Notes: generated from the letters alone by a model not told the origin. A stretch of DNA of 63,921 nucleotides, filler included, from Rhabdomonas costata (GCA_019059605.1; 52 parts of 52 records of this genome joined end to end with filler, not necessarily neighbours in it); one strand, 5' to 3'. Numbered from the whole stretch's first letter, positions 11,321 to 24,840 are shown. A program made the numbers and translations.

Positions 11321-13955
11321 TGCTGGCCTACGATTGTGCTCAAGATTCAACTTCAAAACCTAAGCGTATTGGCAAAATGTCTGCGTGTTGGATGAAATTT
11401 GTTACGGACAACGCTCCTCACTGGAATACTCTGGTGATGCTCCGCACGTCCCACTGCACACCGCGCATGGGATTTACAACCGTCGTTGTCTTGAACCACG
11501 AGCCAAGACGGGTTACTTGACTTGGCATGGCCTCACTTCCGGGTATGGGATTATAACCAGTGACATTACGTCCGCAAGCCCTGGATCCAGACCACTCATA
11601 CATAAGACCTGCAATGTATGATTCCTTGTTGCCTTCTGTGTCCGTGAAACCTTTGTGTGCTTTAGACTGCTTGATGCGTGTGGTGTTCCTTGATTTGGCC
11701 ATTCTAACAAACACACACGCATCGGGTGTGAGTTAGCCATCAAACCTTTTCCTATTCCATGTTTGTAAAATCATGGTGATCACTTCGACCATCCTAACAA
11801 TGCAAATCAAAACAAAGTATAACGGCATTAAGATACGCATATCCACCGCACAAATCTTCACCAAACAGTAGGCACTGCAGTCTAGTAATTCAGCAAGTAC
11901 AATTAAAACAACAATAAAATTCAAAAAGCTACTTTTACGCAAAAATCTTCTTTAAATTAGATTGAGCAAATTCCATACCCATACTCAAATGCGTCATCTC
12001 AAAAACACACAAAACTCTTCCAAGGTCTTTTTTGATTCTACACTTGTCCACAACTCTCGGCTTCAACTCAAAGTATTTTAATTCATAATGCAACTATTCT
12101 CTACCATCACAACATAGTCACATTAATAATTTAAACGTTTTAGAAATTATTTGCTTCACCATGCACTCATTGCAGAAATATCCTGAAGTAGTCATTGTAC
12201 AACCCCCCAACNNNNNNNNNNNNNNNNNNNNNNNNNNNNNNNNNNNNNNNNNNNNTTAATTAATTAANNNNNNNNNNNNNNNNNNNNNNNNNNNNNNNNN
12301 NNNNNNNNNNNGTGCAGTTCGGGAGGTGGAGGGAGCACTTACTTCAGGTGTGTGATTAGGGTTGGGGCGTCAAACGTTTAGCACCGCTACTTGTCGACAG
12401 GCAACTTTTGGCATGAGCAGGATTGGCAATCGCGTTGAGTGGCAAAAGAAAAAGGTTAAAGAAATATAAAATCCAGGGGCCCCGGAAAGCATAGCGAACA
12501 GACGTAAGAGCTGTTTTTCTTTGGAAAAGTGGCAGAGAAAAAATGATGATGTTAAAATCGCGCTATATGGTGAAAAATCTCAGTTCACGGCCTATCCTGC
12601 TGTCTGCCATTAACGACTACCCTCTTAAGCCTCACTTCTTCCTGTGTGCTCTGTGTCGTCACCCAACGTGGGGAATCCTGATGGTAACACGGCCTGTGCA
12701 GAGGTCCTGTAAGTCCTGAAGTCCTGTAAAGGTGTGCAACCCTCTCTTCGTTCTTCGTGTAGTTGTTTGCACTCCCCCCGCCATTATGCCACGGCAGGCG
12801 CTTCTCTACCTCCGCCCCCAGCGAGGAGGACGGGCATTGGGAACTCGCAGTGCCGTTATCCACCTAAAACGGAGCCCCCACCCTCCCTTGTGCAGCTGCC
12901 TTACCCCTGGCCAAAAGTTCAAGCCAAGCCTATCCCAGCCTTCCCGCTTACAGCCCTTTCAGCCCTCTCGGCCATCCCACTCATGTTTTGCCCATCGAGC
13001 TGAACGCTGGCCTGCCCCGCTCGATGCTTCAGCTCTTGCTCTCCTGTGTTCGGTTGGTATGGATAGCCAGAATTGGTGAGACGGGTGCAGTTGACAGGCC
13101 CACGCTGTCTCAGCCGTGTCGCTGCAGTACCTATACTTCTGATCTCTTCCCCCCTGTGTACCTTGCTTGTGCAGGGTGAACGCGAAATGACGTAGTGGTG
13201 AGAGAACGACCAAGTTTTCGTCTTTTTTTGTTTGCTTGTTGGTGTGTGTGTGTGGATGTGTGTATAGTGTGTTCTATGCATCGAAGTCCCTTGCCCCGGC
13301 GACATCCACAGTAGCAACGCCTCTTGTATGCAGTGATGTGTGGACGGAAGAGTTTGCGTGGATAACTGGGGTACTAATGCGGCGGGGCAAGGGACTTCGA
13401 TGCATAGAACACACTATACACACATCCACACACACACAACAANNNNNNNNNNNNNNNNNNNNNNNNNNNNNNNNNNNNNNNNNNNNTTAATTAATTAANN
13501 NNNNNNNNNNNNNNNNNNNNNNNNNNNNNNNNNNNNNNNNNNGGTTGGTGGTTGCACTTCAAGCAGAAGTGGGGCTTTCTTCAGGCATCTTGGGAACGTG
13601 ACATTTGGTAAAATACGCGGGGTTCTGGGAGTAGAAATAAGCCGAGTAGAAATAAGCAACCCCCAAGTGAAAACTCTGCGAATGGTGTGTGGGGTGCAGT
13701 TGACGTTATAGGAAGAGGGGGCAACCGTTGGCAGGTGGAAACAATTTTACAAAGTGCCCCCTCGCCGCCGCTTCAGCCCCGCCACGGACTGCCACTCGCT
13801 CACATCTTATCTCACCGACTAAATCTAGTTAAAATAAAAAGGACTTTTGGACAGTTTACGGCCACTAGTGGCAACTGTTACTCCCCCACCACTACCCACC
13901 GCAGCGCTGGTAAGGAAGACGGCAGGGGGCGAAGTGGGCAAAGGGTGAGACGTAC

Positions 13956-14102
13956 ATCGAACTGCAGGCAGGACTCCACCAGGTCCAACAGCTCGGGGGG
14001 CATCGCCGGGATGCCCTCTGCAGGCAGCACCGTGGCCTTCCCAATGGTCACCCACAGCATCTCCGTGGAGGGCGTGGAGGGCCAGATCGACTTCCCCGTG
14101 CG
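13956..14102 (-). CDS. Protein kinase C-lobe exon (subdomains X-XI; partial)
   Basis: RTGKSIWP..MLWVTIGKA..IPAMPPELLDLVESCLQFD between AG and GT; matches the TG..PW...IG...P...DL...CL..DP pattern. Confidence 0.7.
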
Positions 14103-16023
14103 CTGCAAACGACACACACATGCACACATGCACACACAAACACGTGCACAAGGCATGTCGTTCGTGGAGTTCTTTTCTCCAGTGGGCTTTCAAAATCTCT
14201 CCCGCTGTCTGGCCGCTTCTCAGGGGGTGCGAATCACCTCTCTGCTACTGGGCGGGGTTGTTAGGAAATCTCTCAATGGCGCAATCCACCGCGGTTCTAG
14301 GGACCCTCTGCACTCGCCCATTCTGCATTTGCTGCTCGGCTCGGCGGCCTCTCTTCAGCTCATCTTCTGCCTGGGATCCTAAGGTCAAGTTCTTCATGCG
14401 CGCACACACTTACAAACACGCACACACACACAAACAGGTCGTCAAAAGAAGTCAGCAGAAAGGGGTGACAACATAGATTTGTTCAAAAGGGATCCATCGC
14501 TGTGGAAAAAGTGGACAATAATTCGAGTTCTCGCAAACAGAACCTCACCCATTCCCCGTTTCCCTGATATGATGGGATCTCATGAAATTAGCCAAAACTG
14601 TCACATAAACACACACACACAATGACCCCTAAGTAACGTTTCCCCCCTTAATTTCACCCAACACACACCAAACCNNNNNNNNNNNNNNNNNNNNNNNNNN
14701 NNNNNNNNNNNNNNNNNNTTAATTAATTAANNNNNNNNNNNNNNNNNNNNNNNNNNNNNNNNNNNNNNNNNNNNCCTGATTGGAACACTTAGCACCGCAA
14801 AACGTTTAGCGTTGCTAAGGGATAAACGGAGCAGCACCCCCCCCCCTTGGAAATGCGCCCGCTCTGGCCGCGACGCGGATTGGCCTCCGCTCCAGAAACA
14901 GAACCCTTTGTTTTACAACCTCCTCGGCTCGGAACCGTGCATCGCCACTGCGTTCTCACCTTAACGTGTAGCGCTGCTAACGTCTAAGCCGCCGCCCCAG
15001 CATGGGTTTCATCACCTCCTGACCTCATCATGAGCACTTCGGCACCCACAGGGGCTCTGAACATCTACACTAGCTTCTCACGTGGGACTGCAACAAGCCC
15101 GAAACTAACGAAACGTTGACTTAAAAAAACACACAACTCAAGTGCTCAAGAAAACCAGGGCCTTCGTGCAACAGAATTCCAGGGCATATGTCGACGATTT
15201 ATGACGCACCACGTCACCTGGTCCTCTTCACCAAAGGATAGAAGAGTGAGCGGTGTCTCAGCGGTTAGCCGCGAGAAGCAATGTGCGTGCCTCCGCATAG
15301 GAGGGTGACCAACCAATTGCCGATACCACTGCGCAAGAAAAGCCCTGAACAACCTCGACCTGGGGAAAAACACTGATGGTCACGCAGAGGAAGAAAGGCC
15401 ATCGAAAACACATGGAATCGAAAAGCGTACCCTAAAACAACGAGGACGACCAACCCCACCGTCAGATGAAGCCCATTGTCCACTATCGAGTTCCATGAGG
15501 CGGTGTTCGTGCCCACCACCACAACCCACTGCAAGCCCTATAAGCAGCGCAACGAAGCGGTAAGTGAGTACCAGGGTATATCGCGAATACAGAGTTGCAG
15601 ACTCCGCCAGATGCTATTCGAAAACTCGAACCTCAGGCACCCGAGATCGGAATGTTTCGGAATGTTTCAAGCATTACTAGCTTTAAAGCAGCAGAACTCT
15701 GCGAGTTGAAATGCACTCAGTGCATTGACAAATCAGATGCCAATGTGCCAAAACGATAGCTGCTCCGCACATTAAGCTTCTGTGATCAACATCAAAAAGC
15801 GAGACAAATCGGATGACCAATCTCCAAAACATGACAGACCCACAAACATACCTCGAGGTTTATTTGCCGACCATTCACCAGGTAACCCCCAACGGCCCCA
15901 AAACAACNNNNNNNNNNNNNNNNNNNNNNNNNNNNNNNNNNNNNNNNNNNNTTAATTAATTAANNNNNNNNNNNNNNNNNNNNNNNNNNNNNNNNNNNNN
16001 NNNNNNNCGTTCCCGTGGCCCAG

Positions 16024-16872
16024 CAACACCACGAGATGCTGACGTACGCCGAGGCTCTGGGCAGCCAGGGCTCCTACGAGGATTTCCTCGCGATTGCCCA
16101 CTACTATCAGTCCAAAGGTGGGCGTGCATTGCAATAATAGTACATAATGCATGTATTCTCTGCTTGTTGTCGAACATTGTGGGAGGGGACAGATAAATAG
16201 TAAAAGTGATGCAAAGGCATACCCAAAAAGAGAGGAAAGGATTCAACTTCGCTTCTCGTATATTGATCGAGAATCACGGCCTGCAAGGTTTTGCTTCATT
16301 TTGTTTTATGGATTGGCGGTTGTGGGTGTGGGTGAGCTTGAAATGGACACCCCACCTCACACAGGGGAGAATGCCCTGGCGGGCGACTACTACGCGAAGT
16401 GCATGCGGTACGAGGACGCGCTGAAGCTCTACCTGCAGTGCGGAGAATCGCAGATCAACAAGGCCATCGATGTGGTGGGCAAGGTCGCTTGGAGGCCTCC
16501 CCATTTCCACTTGTTCCTACTCTGGTTGGTGTTTGAGCACTTTTCATGCGGCAAGGTTGTTGCTGTATTTGGAGTTGGTGGGCAACACGTGGAGTGTCAG
16601 TCCCGGTAACAAGGGAAACACACTTCATGAACGTAGGATGAAGCCTTTCAGATGACCTTTGTGCTCTCCTGCACAATTCTTGTAGTACAATTCCCCGCTG
16701 TCCCAGCTTTTTGGGTTGCAGCATCAAGGGTGCGTTAGATGTGTTGCGCGTGAACCTGCCCGGCAGGCTCGCAATGACAAGCTAACGCACGGCCTGATTG
16801 ACTTCCTGATGGGCGAGTCGGACGGCATCCCCAAGGACCCCAACTTCATCTTCCGCCTCTACATGGCCCTGG
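16024..16872 (+). CDS. WDR19: Intraflagellar transport protein IFT144/WDR19, 3 exons (16024-16117, 16365-16483, 16767-16872; partial)
   Basis: QHHEMLTYAEALG..EDFLAIAHYY../..ALKLYLQCG..KAIDVVGK/ARNDKLTHGLIDFLMGESDGIPKDPNFIFRLYMALG matches the conserved IFT144 TPR region; phases compatible. Confidence 0.92.
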
Positions 16873-17239
16873 GTAATCCTCCTTGCACCCACTGCAGTGC
16901 TCACCTGTGTTTTTCCAAGCATACTTCCATGTATGCAGGAGTCGTCGAACCTCTTACCGTCAACCGCTAGATATTTTGTACCCTTTCAGAATACCCTTCA
17001 GCGCAGCGCCTCTAGCTCTGGAACACGGGTCCGTGCCCATGTTGAAGCTTGAGGACTCTTCTAAGCATTACCATTACCATCAAAGTTGGGTTTTGATGCA
17101 TTGTGTGTGGCAAACGGGGTTTGGGCCCATACCTCGAACNNNNNNNNNNNNNNNNNNNNNNNNNNNNNNNNNNNNNNNNNNNNTTAATTAATTAANNNNN
17201 NNNNNNNNNNNNNNNNNNNNNNNNNNNNNNNNNNNNNNN

Positions 17240-17687
17240 GGTTTTGGTGGTATGGTAGTTCTCCTGAGATGAGTTGGTTGGCCGCTTCCCGGCCTCGGAG
17301 TCCTTCTCTACGCCGAGATATGGCCCCGTCAAGGTCCCATTTTGGCCCTTTTAAGGGCATTTTCGACTTGGGAATTTTAAGGGCCCGGTGCGCACTTTTC
17401 GGACCTTTGCAGGCCTGCATACTGAGCCTAAGCTTTCGGCCGTGCCTGCTTAGCATACCTAAGGATAGAGCCCAGGAGTACTTCATGCTGGCACCGGAGT
17501 GGGCCGGAATGCTTCGGTTTAGAGCCACGCTAGAGGCCATTTCAGGGCCATTTTGGGGTATTTTTGAGCCCTTTTTGCCTCTACACAGGCTTGCAAGGGC
17601 CCTTTTTGGCCCTTTGCAGGCCTGCGTACTGATAAGAGAAAGAACTGTAGGCTGGCGCACCGTCCACCCACCTGCACGCCGGTGTGT
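17240..17687 (+). mobile_element. ~700-bp MITE-like repeat family, partial copy cut by the contig start
   Basis: Collinear with 49740-50182, e.g. ggcaccggagtgggccggaatgcttcggtttagagccacgctagaggccatttcagggccatttt identical; same ccggtgtg end. Confidence 0.85.
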
Positions 17688-17864
17688 GGGCAAGAAGAAT
17701 GGTCGCAAGATCGGTCTGCCGCTGTGGTGATTACGGTGAGGGGACGGGGCGCTGTTCATACGCCGAGGATAAGCTGCCTGTTTGCTGGAGAAAGAAATGG
17801 CTTCACCTGACGAAAGAGGCAATGCTAGATCTGTGTGCTTGTGTGGTTATCTTGGCCCGTTAAG

Positions 17865-17968
17865 GTATGTTTTGGACCCGGGCCTGGGTCTGAACATCAC
17901 GTGGACCACTGGAGGAACCACCGGCAATGGCGTCAACGCCAGCATCGCGGCCACTGACGCAGCCATAG
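17865..17968 (+). CDS. Exon resembling a PstS/PBP2 phosphate-binding domain (partial)
   Basis: YVLDPGLGLNITWTTGGTTGNGVNASIAATDAAIG between AG and GT; similar to the PstS W.....G..GV...V..T.GAIGY motif. Confidence 0.45.
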
Positions 17969-20539
17969 GTATCGATGCTCTGCCTTGCGGATCCTCTGCT
18001 TTTTTGAAGTGGCAGGGTAGAAGTTCTTTCTTCTTCTGATCACGTTATGTACAAGACTCACCGCACGCTGTATGAGGGACTTTTTGTGGGTCTCAAGCCA
18101 CATCCCTTTCACAATATGTACAGAATCGCAAACCCGAACTCCGTGACCTTGCCTTGATGTAGTGCCACGTGTGGAATTTATTGTCCGCATCACCTCGGAA
18201 AAGTGCACTGGCATTTTCATATTTCAGGCATTTTCGGACTTAGACGCTAAAAGGGGTGGTGAAAAACTCGCTTTGACCTGAAGGTGTTCTTTTTACTTTC
18301 CTCTTTTCGGCCTGTTCGTTGTGTTGAGATGACGCGGGCCATATTTTGGGAAGGTCTTTCCACCACCCACCNNNNNNNNNNNNNNNNNNNNNNNNNNNNN
18401 NNNNNNNNNNNNNNNTTAATTAATTAANNNNNNNNNNNNNNNNNNNNNNNNNNNNNNNNNNNNNNNNNNNNTGTTTTTGTGCGTTCTTAATGTGTGGGTT
18501 AATTTCGTCCTGAAACCAAATTATATATTTTGGTTGCTTTCTTTGGGGTAACCATCCCCCAAATCCTCTGAGGTGGTGTGCCTTTCACCCGTCGAGGTCC
18601 TCATCCGTCACACATGGCAGGGATATTTTATAGATGACTTGATACCGTTTTGCAAAATTGTATTTCCAAGGGATATCCATTCAAAGCCTTCGATGTCGCG
18701 GTGAACTCCGCGCCTTCAGTCAACACAAAGGTGCAATAAAAACAGACTAGTGGAGGCAGGGATATTAAATGAGCTACAATTTTAAGAAAGCGTGGTGCAA
18801 AGCCGCATTGCGAGAAGGTGGCGTACGGCGCAGGCAAACGGGAAGACAACCAGAACCAGGACATTTAGGCAAATGCACACCAGGATAAGATGGCCACGAC
18901 ACAAAACGCAAACTACGCACAAAACTGCGAGTATAAACAAAACTAGGTGCTCGTTTGGTTTTGGGGTGCCTCGGGCATTGGAGGAACGCGCCGACACAAT
19001 ATGCAGCGACCGCTGGTTGAAAATTTGTGCGTGTAGAACCGTCGCCATCAGCTCCTGTAATTATCAAAAAAAAAACAAGATTGAGCCGCATAAGCAAAGC
19101 ACTTGAAATTTCTGACACCTGCGAAAAAAGCGCCACAAATAATGGAGAAAAAATAGCGTACCAGTCCAGCAGCAACTCCTGTCTCGAGAACCTATTCGGT
19201 TTAATCCCAATATGCTTTCTCTTCCATTGACGTGACATTGATTGACTGATAGAAAATTTTCGCCTTTGGACACAGTTTACTAGTTTCAAACAGGAAGATT
19301 GAAAGAAGAAGAAAAGGCCCACAAGAAAAGAAAACCAAGCCGGCTGACGCTGAGCCGAGGAGCCCGGGGGGGTAAGTGAAAACAACGATGACACCTGCAA
19401 AACGGTAATTTTGAAAATAAGGAATGAAATTTTTTTTAAGAAAGTGATCAGGCGAAAACACGTTCTAAACAGTATACCAAAACAGGGTCAAAACGTGATA
19501 AAGACCAGGACAAGAGCAATGGAACGCAAGGCTCAAACCAACCGGAATGCGGGTCTGTACATTGAAGGGCCAATATGAGAACATAGCGGTCAAACCAACA
19601 CACNNNNNNNNNNNNNNNNNNNNNNNNNNNNNNNNNNNNNNNNNNNNTTAATTAATTAANNNNNNNNNNNNNNNNNNNNNNNNNNNNNNNNNNNNNNNNN
19701 NNNGCAGCGCCAGTGTTTGGGTGTGCCCGCGAAGGGCTCGTCAAAGTTTGGAAGTCAGGCGTGGGAAATGAGGTGCAACCCTGCAGTCTTTTGGTGAACC
19801 TAGATTAAAAAGTTCGATTTGCAGAGGAACTGGGCAGAGGCAGCTGAGTTTTGGACTCCGGTTGAGGAGAGCTGCAGACTTCATTTTATGTTCGGGTGCA
19901 ATTCGGTTCAATCACTTGTTGGGAAGTGAGCCGAATGGAAACGATGTCACGCAGTCACCCGCCAGCAGCCACCCCACAAAAAAGCGCGGAGGCTAGACGG
20001 GGCGCCCCTTTGGTGGTGCCGCCCTTCCGTAGGACACGGTGGGAACCACGCGGTCGTGACCTTCCCACAAAGAAGAAAAAAAAACGACCTTCCATGGAAA
20101 AAATTTCTGCCCCAATAAAAATGTCACCACCACGTCGCGAACGTGCCGGGTAGGGTGTGTTGAGCGCGAAACGGGCTTTACCGGCTCCTTCTTTTCCTTT
20201 TTTAAAGAACGGGCCGGCGCACGGACAGAAAGACAGCTTTGAACTGTGGCAGATGTTTTTAGAAGAGTTCATCATTGAAAAATTATTCCGCTACAAAGTA
20301 TATCTTGGCCGGGCGCCAAAATACAGAATTTGCCCAGATGCAGCAGAACTGCTGCACGGGAGCTTGGAAAGTTGCAAGGAAAGATGGGGGAGTTTTGTCG
20401 GTGGAACACCTTTGAGAGGAAAAAAAAGTGCCGAACTCGAGACAAAACAACTGCGCTCCAATGAGCCGCTTCCAATGACCACGCCGCCGTGGAAACCAAG
20501 TTGCTGAATGCAAAGGCCGTGGAATGGCGAGAGCCGATG

Positions 20540-20745
20540 AGAAAGAAGAAAGTGCAGAGCGCAGGTGTCGAGGACGACCTGGCCTGAGGAAGCCGCTGTT
20601 GAAGAGCAAGCTGGGGACGCAGAGGGGGGTTTGGTGAGTAGCGGCGGGCCTTGTCGACCAAAAGCGCGCGGAGAGTCCTGGGAACAGTCCCGGTGGGCAG
20701 GGCAGCGGAACAAGAAGAAGAAGACCGAGTGCGGGTTGAGGCCGC
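20540..20745 (+). repeat. Dispersed repeat, copy 2 (copy 1 at ~11105-11320)
   Basis: Direct sequence similarity to 11105-11320. Confidence 0.85.
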
Positions 20746-21436
20746 GAGGCCCCGGTCAGCAGCGCCCACCAAGCGAGAAACCCAGAGCAGAGGGACAGCG
20801 GGAGGCCAAGGGGGAACCAAACCCNNNNNNNNNNNNNNNNNNNNNNNNNNNNNNNNNNNNNNNNNNNNTTAATTAATTAANNNNNNNNNNNNNNNNNNNN
20901 NNNNNNNNNNNNNNNNNNNNNNNNTTTTTTGTGGGGGGGATGAAAGCCATCTGAGAAATCCTCTCAATTCTTCGCATTGAAGTGACGTGGAAGGGATCAG
21001 TGCTGGCGTGGGTGCCATCCTTTTTTTTGCGTTTTTGCGTTGAACGAAACCCACAGTAATTTCTTCCTGTCATTTCGCATTTCGCGTTTTTTTATTTCCG
21101 CCACCGATCACGACTGAGCTCTCAGTAGCTGAGAAAGGTTAGAGGAGGTATTCCTGGGACGGTGCATGGGGATGGCTGGCTGGATCGGCGATGGGAGGAG
21201 CATGAGGAGACGGGACTGGAGGAGCGGTGAATGGGAGGATCAAGAGGGATAAGAATGGTGATGTCACTGGGGGGAGAGAACAAGAAAGTAGCTTCTCCAC
21301 CTCCCCCGCACACTCCCATCTCCTTCGATTGGCACCCTGCCTTTCATGGAGGGTGTGCACCACTCCAACCGAGAGACTCATCGGTACACGGGCCCCAAAC
21401 AGGCAGAGAGATAGCATTAGAGATAATCAGTGCTGG

Positions 21437-21943
21437 CACACCGGCAGGTGGGCGGACCATGTGCCACCCTACAGTTCTTTCTCTAATCAAAACCCAAAAC
21501 CCAAGGAAAAGCAAATGTAAAAAAGCCTGTGTTGAGGCAAAGAAACGGCTCCAAAACACCCCAAAATGGCCTCAAGGGTGGCTGAAACACAAGCATTTCG
21601 GTGCCAGCATGAAGCTATCCTGGGCTCTACCCTTAGGTATGCCAAGCAGGCCCGAAGGAAAGCTCAGTATGCAGGTCTGCGAAGGTCCAAAAAAAAGCCC
21701 TTCTCTGTGTAAAGGCAAAAAGCCCCAACCCGTTACTCTAGCTCGAGTTCTGAGGTCAATGTTTGGCCTCCGGTCCGGTCCGGTCCGGGAGTGACTATCG
21801 CGGATGTCATCCAGCGATTAGGGTGACATTTTGGGCCTGATTGAGTGGTCCCACACACACATACACCCCATTTCCGATGAGGCCCCCGACGATTAGTGAG
21901 GTTCCGGAGGCCGGCTGAACAGGTCAGATAGGCCCACCTTGCA
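21437..21943 (-). mobile_element. MITE-like repeat family, inverted and internally deleted copy
   Basis: Reverse complement aligns with both halves of 49484-50182; ends cacaccggcaggtgggc ... gcccaccttgca form an imperfect inverted repeat. Confidence 0.85.
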
Positions 21944-24620
21944 GATCCCCCAAGAACAGCGACAATAAGAGAAAAAACTGTGACAGTAATCCTCGTCCCC
22001 CAGCACTTGATGCAACAACGCACTCACTCACTTACTCACTCACCCACTTAATCGCANNNNNNNNNNNNNNNNNNNNNNNNNNNNNNNNNNNNNNNNNNNN
22101 TTAATTAATTAANNNNNNNNNNNNNNNNNNNNNNNNNNNNNNNNNNNNNNNNNNNNGGGTGGTGGTGGAAAAGACGAAAAGCAGGAAGGCACGGCAGGCG
22201 AAAGGCACAGGAAAAAAGAGAGCAGCCAACAAGCAGAGAGTAGAACAGATAAAGCGCACCCGAGATATAAGAAGAGAGGCTGGAAAGGCTTGAGGCAAGA
22301 CAATGGCTAACAAGAAGTCCAAGCCAGATAAAATCCAGATAAATGAAATCCCCGATGCACATGTGCATTTGCTTCTGTTGAGTTTTTGCGCAGCTAGGAT
22401 CGACGAGATGAAGATCCTGTAAATTGGAGGAATTTCACAACGAGCGGATGGAGAATTAAAAGAGGAACAAGTCGGTGTTCTTCAACGCCGATTTCAAGAG
22501 ATTAGGAGAGATCCCGATAAAAGGTCTGGAATCCGACGTCTGACGTCGGATGCTTTTTGGTTGAGTTTCATTTGAGTATACTTTGTTTTTTGTGGTGTTT
22601 TGGGGTTGTGATCAGAAAGCTGTTCACCTATTTTACAGGTCACAGCTAAAAAGCTCAGCAGGGCCAGGCTAAAGCGAGGTAGAGAAGAGTCATGGCTAAA
22701 AAGATTGATAGCTGAACCTTTTCATTTCCCCTGTGCTGTGTTTTGGTGCCGTTCCCTTCTTGCATGCCTTGTTTTTGGGTTGGAAAGGCGTAAGCGGACG
22801 GCTTAGTAGAGGCAAGACCTCCAGGACCCCACCTCCCAGCGAAACCCTCGAAAGCAAAGGCCTTTAAAACGAGAGAAGAGAAGTCCAGCTAAACCACCCG
22901 ATTTGCCCAGGACCCCGCCCACGCCTGAGCTAAAGAGCCACGCCACCAGCTAGAGCAAACAATCGCGGAGCGGGAGAGCCCGACGCCACACACACCCAAG
23001 CCAGAAACAAAACATATAGTCCACGCGGAGGCGACAGACCGCAGCGCACAAAGAGATTAAGCCAGACCTGGATCAGGATAAACTCCTCCTCGCTCATGAT
23101 GTTTCCACCCAGGTAAACCGCGGCGGCGCCCAGAGTGAGTCGTGATACGGGCTGTCAGCGGCGGAGCCCACCCGCAAGAGGTAGGAGGCATTTAAGAGGC
23201 TGGGCGGACAGACGGCGCGTGACCGGTTGCCGCCGATGGTTCTTTAAGTTCCCGATGAGAAAGATCCTACTGCACTCTGCTAAATCACNNNNNNNNNNNN
23301 NNNNNNNNNNNNNNNNNNNNNNNNNNNNNNNNTTAATTAATTAANNNNNNNNNNNNNNNNNNNNNNNNNNNNNNNNNNNNNNNNNNNNGGTGTTTGGTCT
23401 CACTAGAAAAAGTGAACATTCTTACCAAAAATTAATGGACATCACCATATTAAAATTTTCTCTCTGTAAAAATCAACTCAAGTTGTACTATAAATGTCAG
23501 GATTTTTGGTAAGAATGTTCACTTTTTCTAGTGAGACAAAAGATCACAAACAAAAGAAAAACAGGATTCATGTGGCTTCAGTTAAAGAAAAAAACGCTGC
23601 GTGATCAAACGCAATTATTTTCTGATGAAAATGATCAAGTGATTATAGTCAATACAAAGATGCAGATAATGTGGCACGTTTTTAGAATGAGACATATTAT
23701 TGCTGAAAAACGTTATAATATCATACACAACATGATAAATTATTCCACGACATGCTTTCAACAATTTCATATGAATTGCATTCAAGATTTGTACCAGGTT
23801 CAAAAGCAAAACGAGACGCTGGATATGAGGAGATGCCATAATGCACCTGAGATTTTTCAATACTGCTGGCATCTGATGCACATTACAAACTACAATTTAA
23901 GGCAGAGTATATACAGTTGCATGGTGGGAAAATTTCGAGAAAAAATACAGTGACACGCACAAATAAATCATTACACCAACAACCAAATCAAAATGCTAAC
24001 ACGTGCTGTATTTGGCTCTCATGGAGTTGAGCGTGATAAGGTGTCTAAAGGCATTGGAGTTGTGAAGTGTAAATGATGGGTTGTTGGAACAACAAGGCGT
24101 AAGCTTTGGTTGCAAATCGTTATCGCAAACATGCAACTAAAACTGTTTGATGGTGAATGGGTTTTTCAGGAAAAGAAGAACTAGAAATGCTCAATTCGGA
24201 GATGGTTATAATTATCCGATTCCTAGGAGGAAGTTATAAATCTAAGGGGCAATTAAGGACATGAGTAAACGACAGTTCAATGTGCAGTCGATAAGATGTA
24301 CGTAAGAAACGTGACACCAGACATTGAGGATCAGGCAATTCTTGTGAAAATAGCCTATCTACGCAATTCTAGCACGCAAAAATGAGACACTTGTTGTGAA
24401 TGAATCCGCGTTACTGATATTGAAAATAATTTTGGTTCCAAAACCCAGAATTGAATTAAGGCAAGATGATTTTGCTAACGCAGAGATATGCCATTGACGG
24501 TAAGAAGAAGCCAAAACAAANNNNNNNNNNNNNNNNNNNNNNNNNNNNNNNNNNNNNNNNNNNNTTAATTAATTAANNNNNNNNNNNNNNNNNNNNNNNN
24601 NNNNNNNNNNNNNNNNNNNN

Positions 24621-24813
24621 ATATGTTTCCAATTTTTGAACCAACTTCACATAAATTTTTGAAAATATCGTCTATTTTATGTTCAACTTCATAAAGTTTT
24701 TCAAGAATCTCTTTTAATCTTTTGTCTTGTTCTGTTATTTGATTTGTACTTTGTTCCATTTCTACTAATTCATTTTCATCTAATTCATTTTCGTATATTA
24801 GTTCAAGATTCAT
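24621..24813 (-). CDS. Virus-like small acidic coiled-coil protein (3'-truncated)
   Basis: MNLELIYENELDENELVEMEQ..DKRLKEILEKLYEVEHKIDDIFKNL; intronless, AT-rich, TAAATG start. Confidence 0.65.
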
Positions 24814-24840
24814 TTATATTATAACAGTATATAATAAATG
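24811..24840. promoter_or_regulatory. Symmetric AT-rich divergent promoter with TAAATG initiators
   Basis: CAT-ttatattataacagtatataataa-ATG: 24 bp between divergent starts, reading tataatataaATG and tatataataaATG on the two strands. Confidence 0.55.

Noticed and set aside
13236-13442. Long hairpins as miRNA precursors or hairpin telomeres (also 23397, 26883, 33247, 41647, 52953)
   Set aside because: All abut contig ends, often run into primer-like tails and share no sequence; best explained as WGA fold-backs.
17184-17822. Conserved-looking ORFs on both strands shared with 49734-50088 and 21231-21794
   Set aside because: The similarity comes from the repeat itself; copies differ by frame-breaking indels and show no protein motif.
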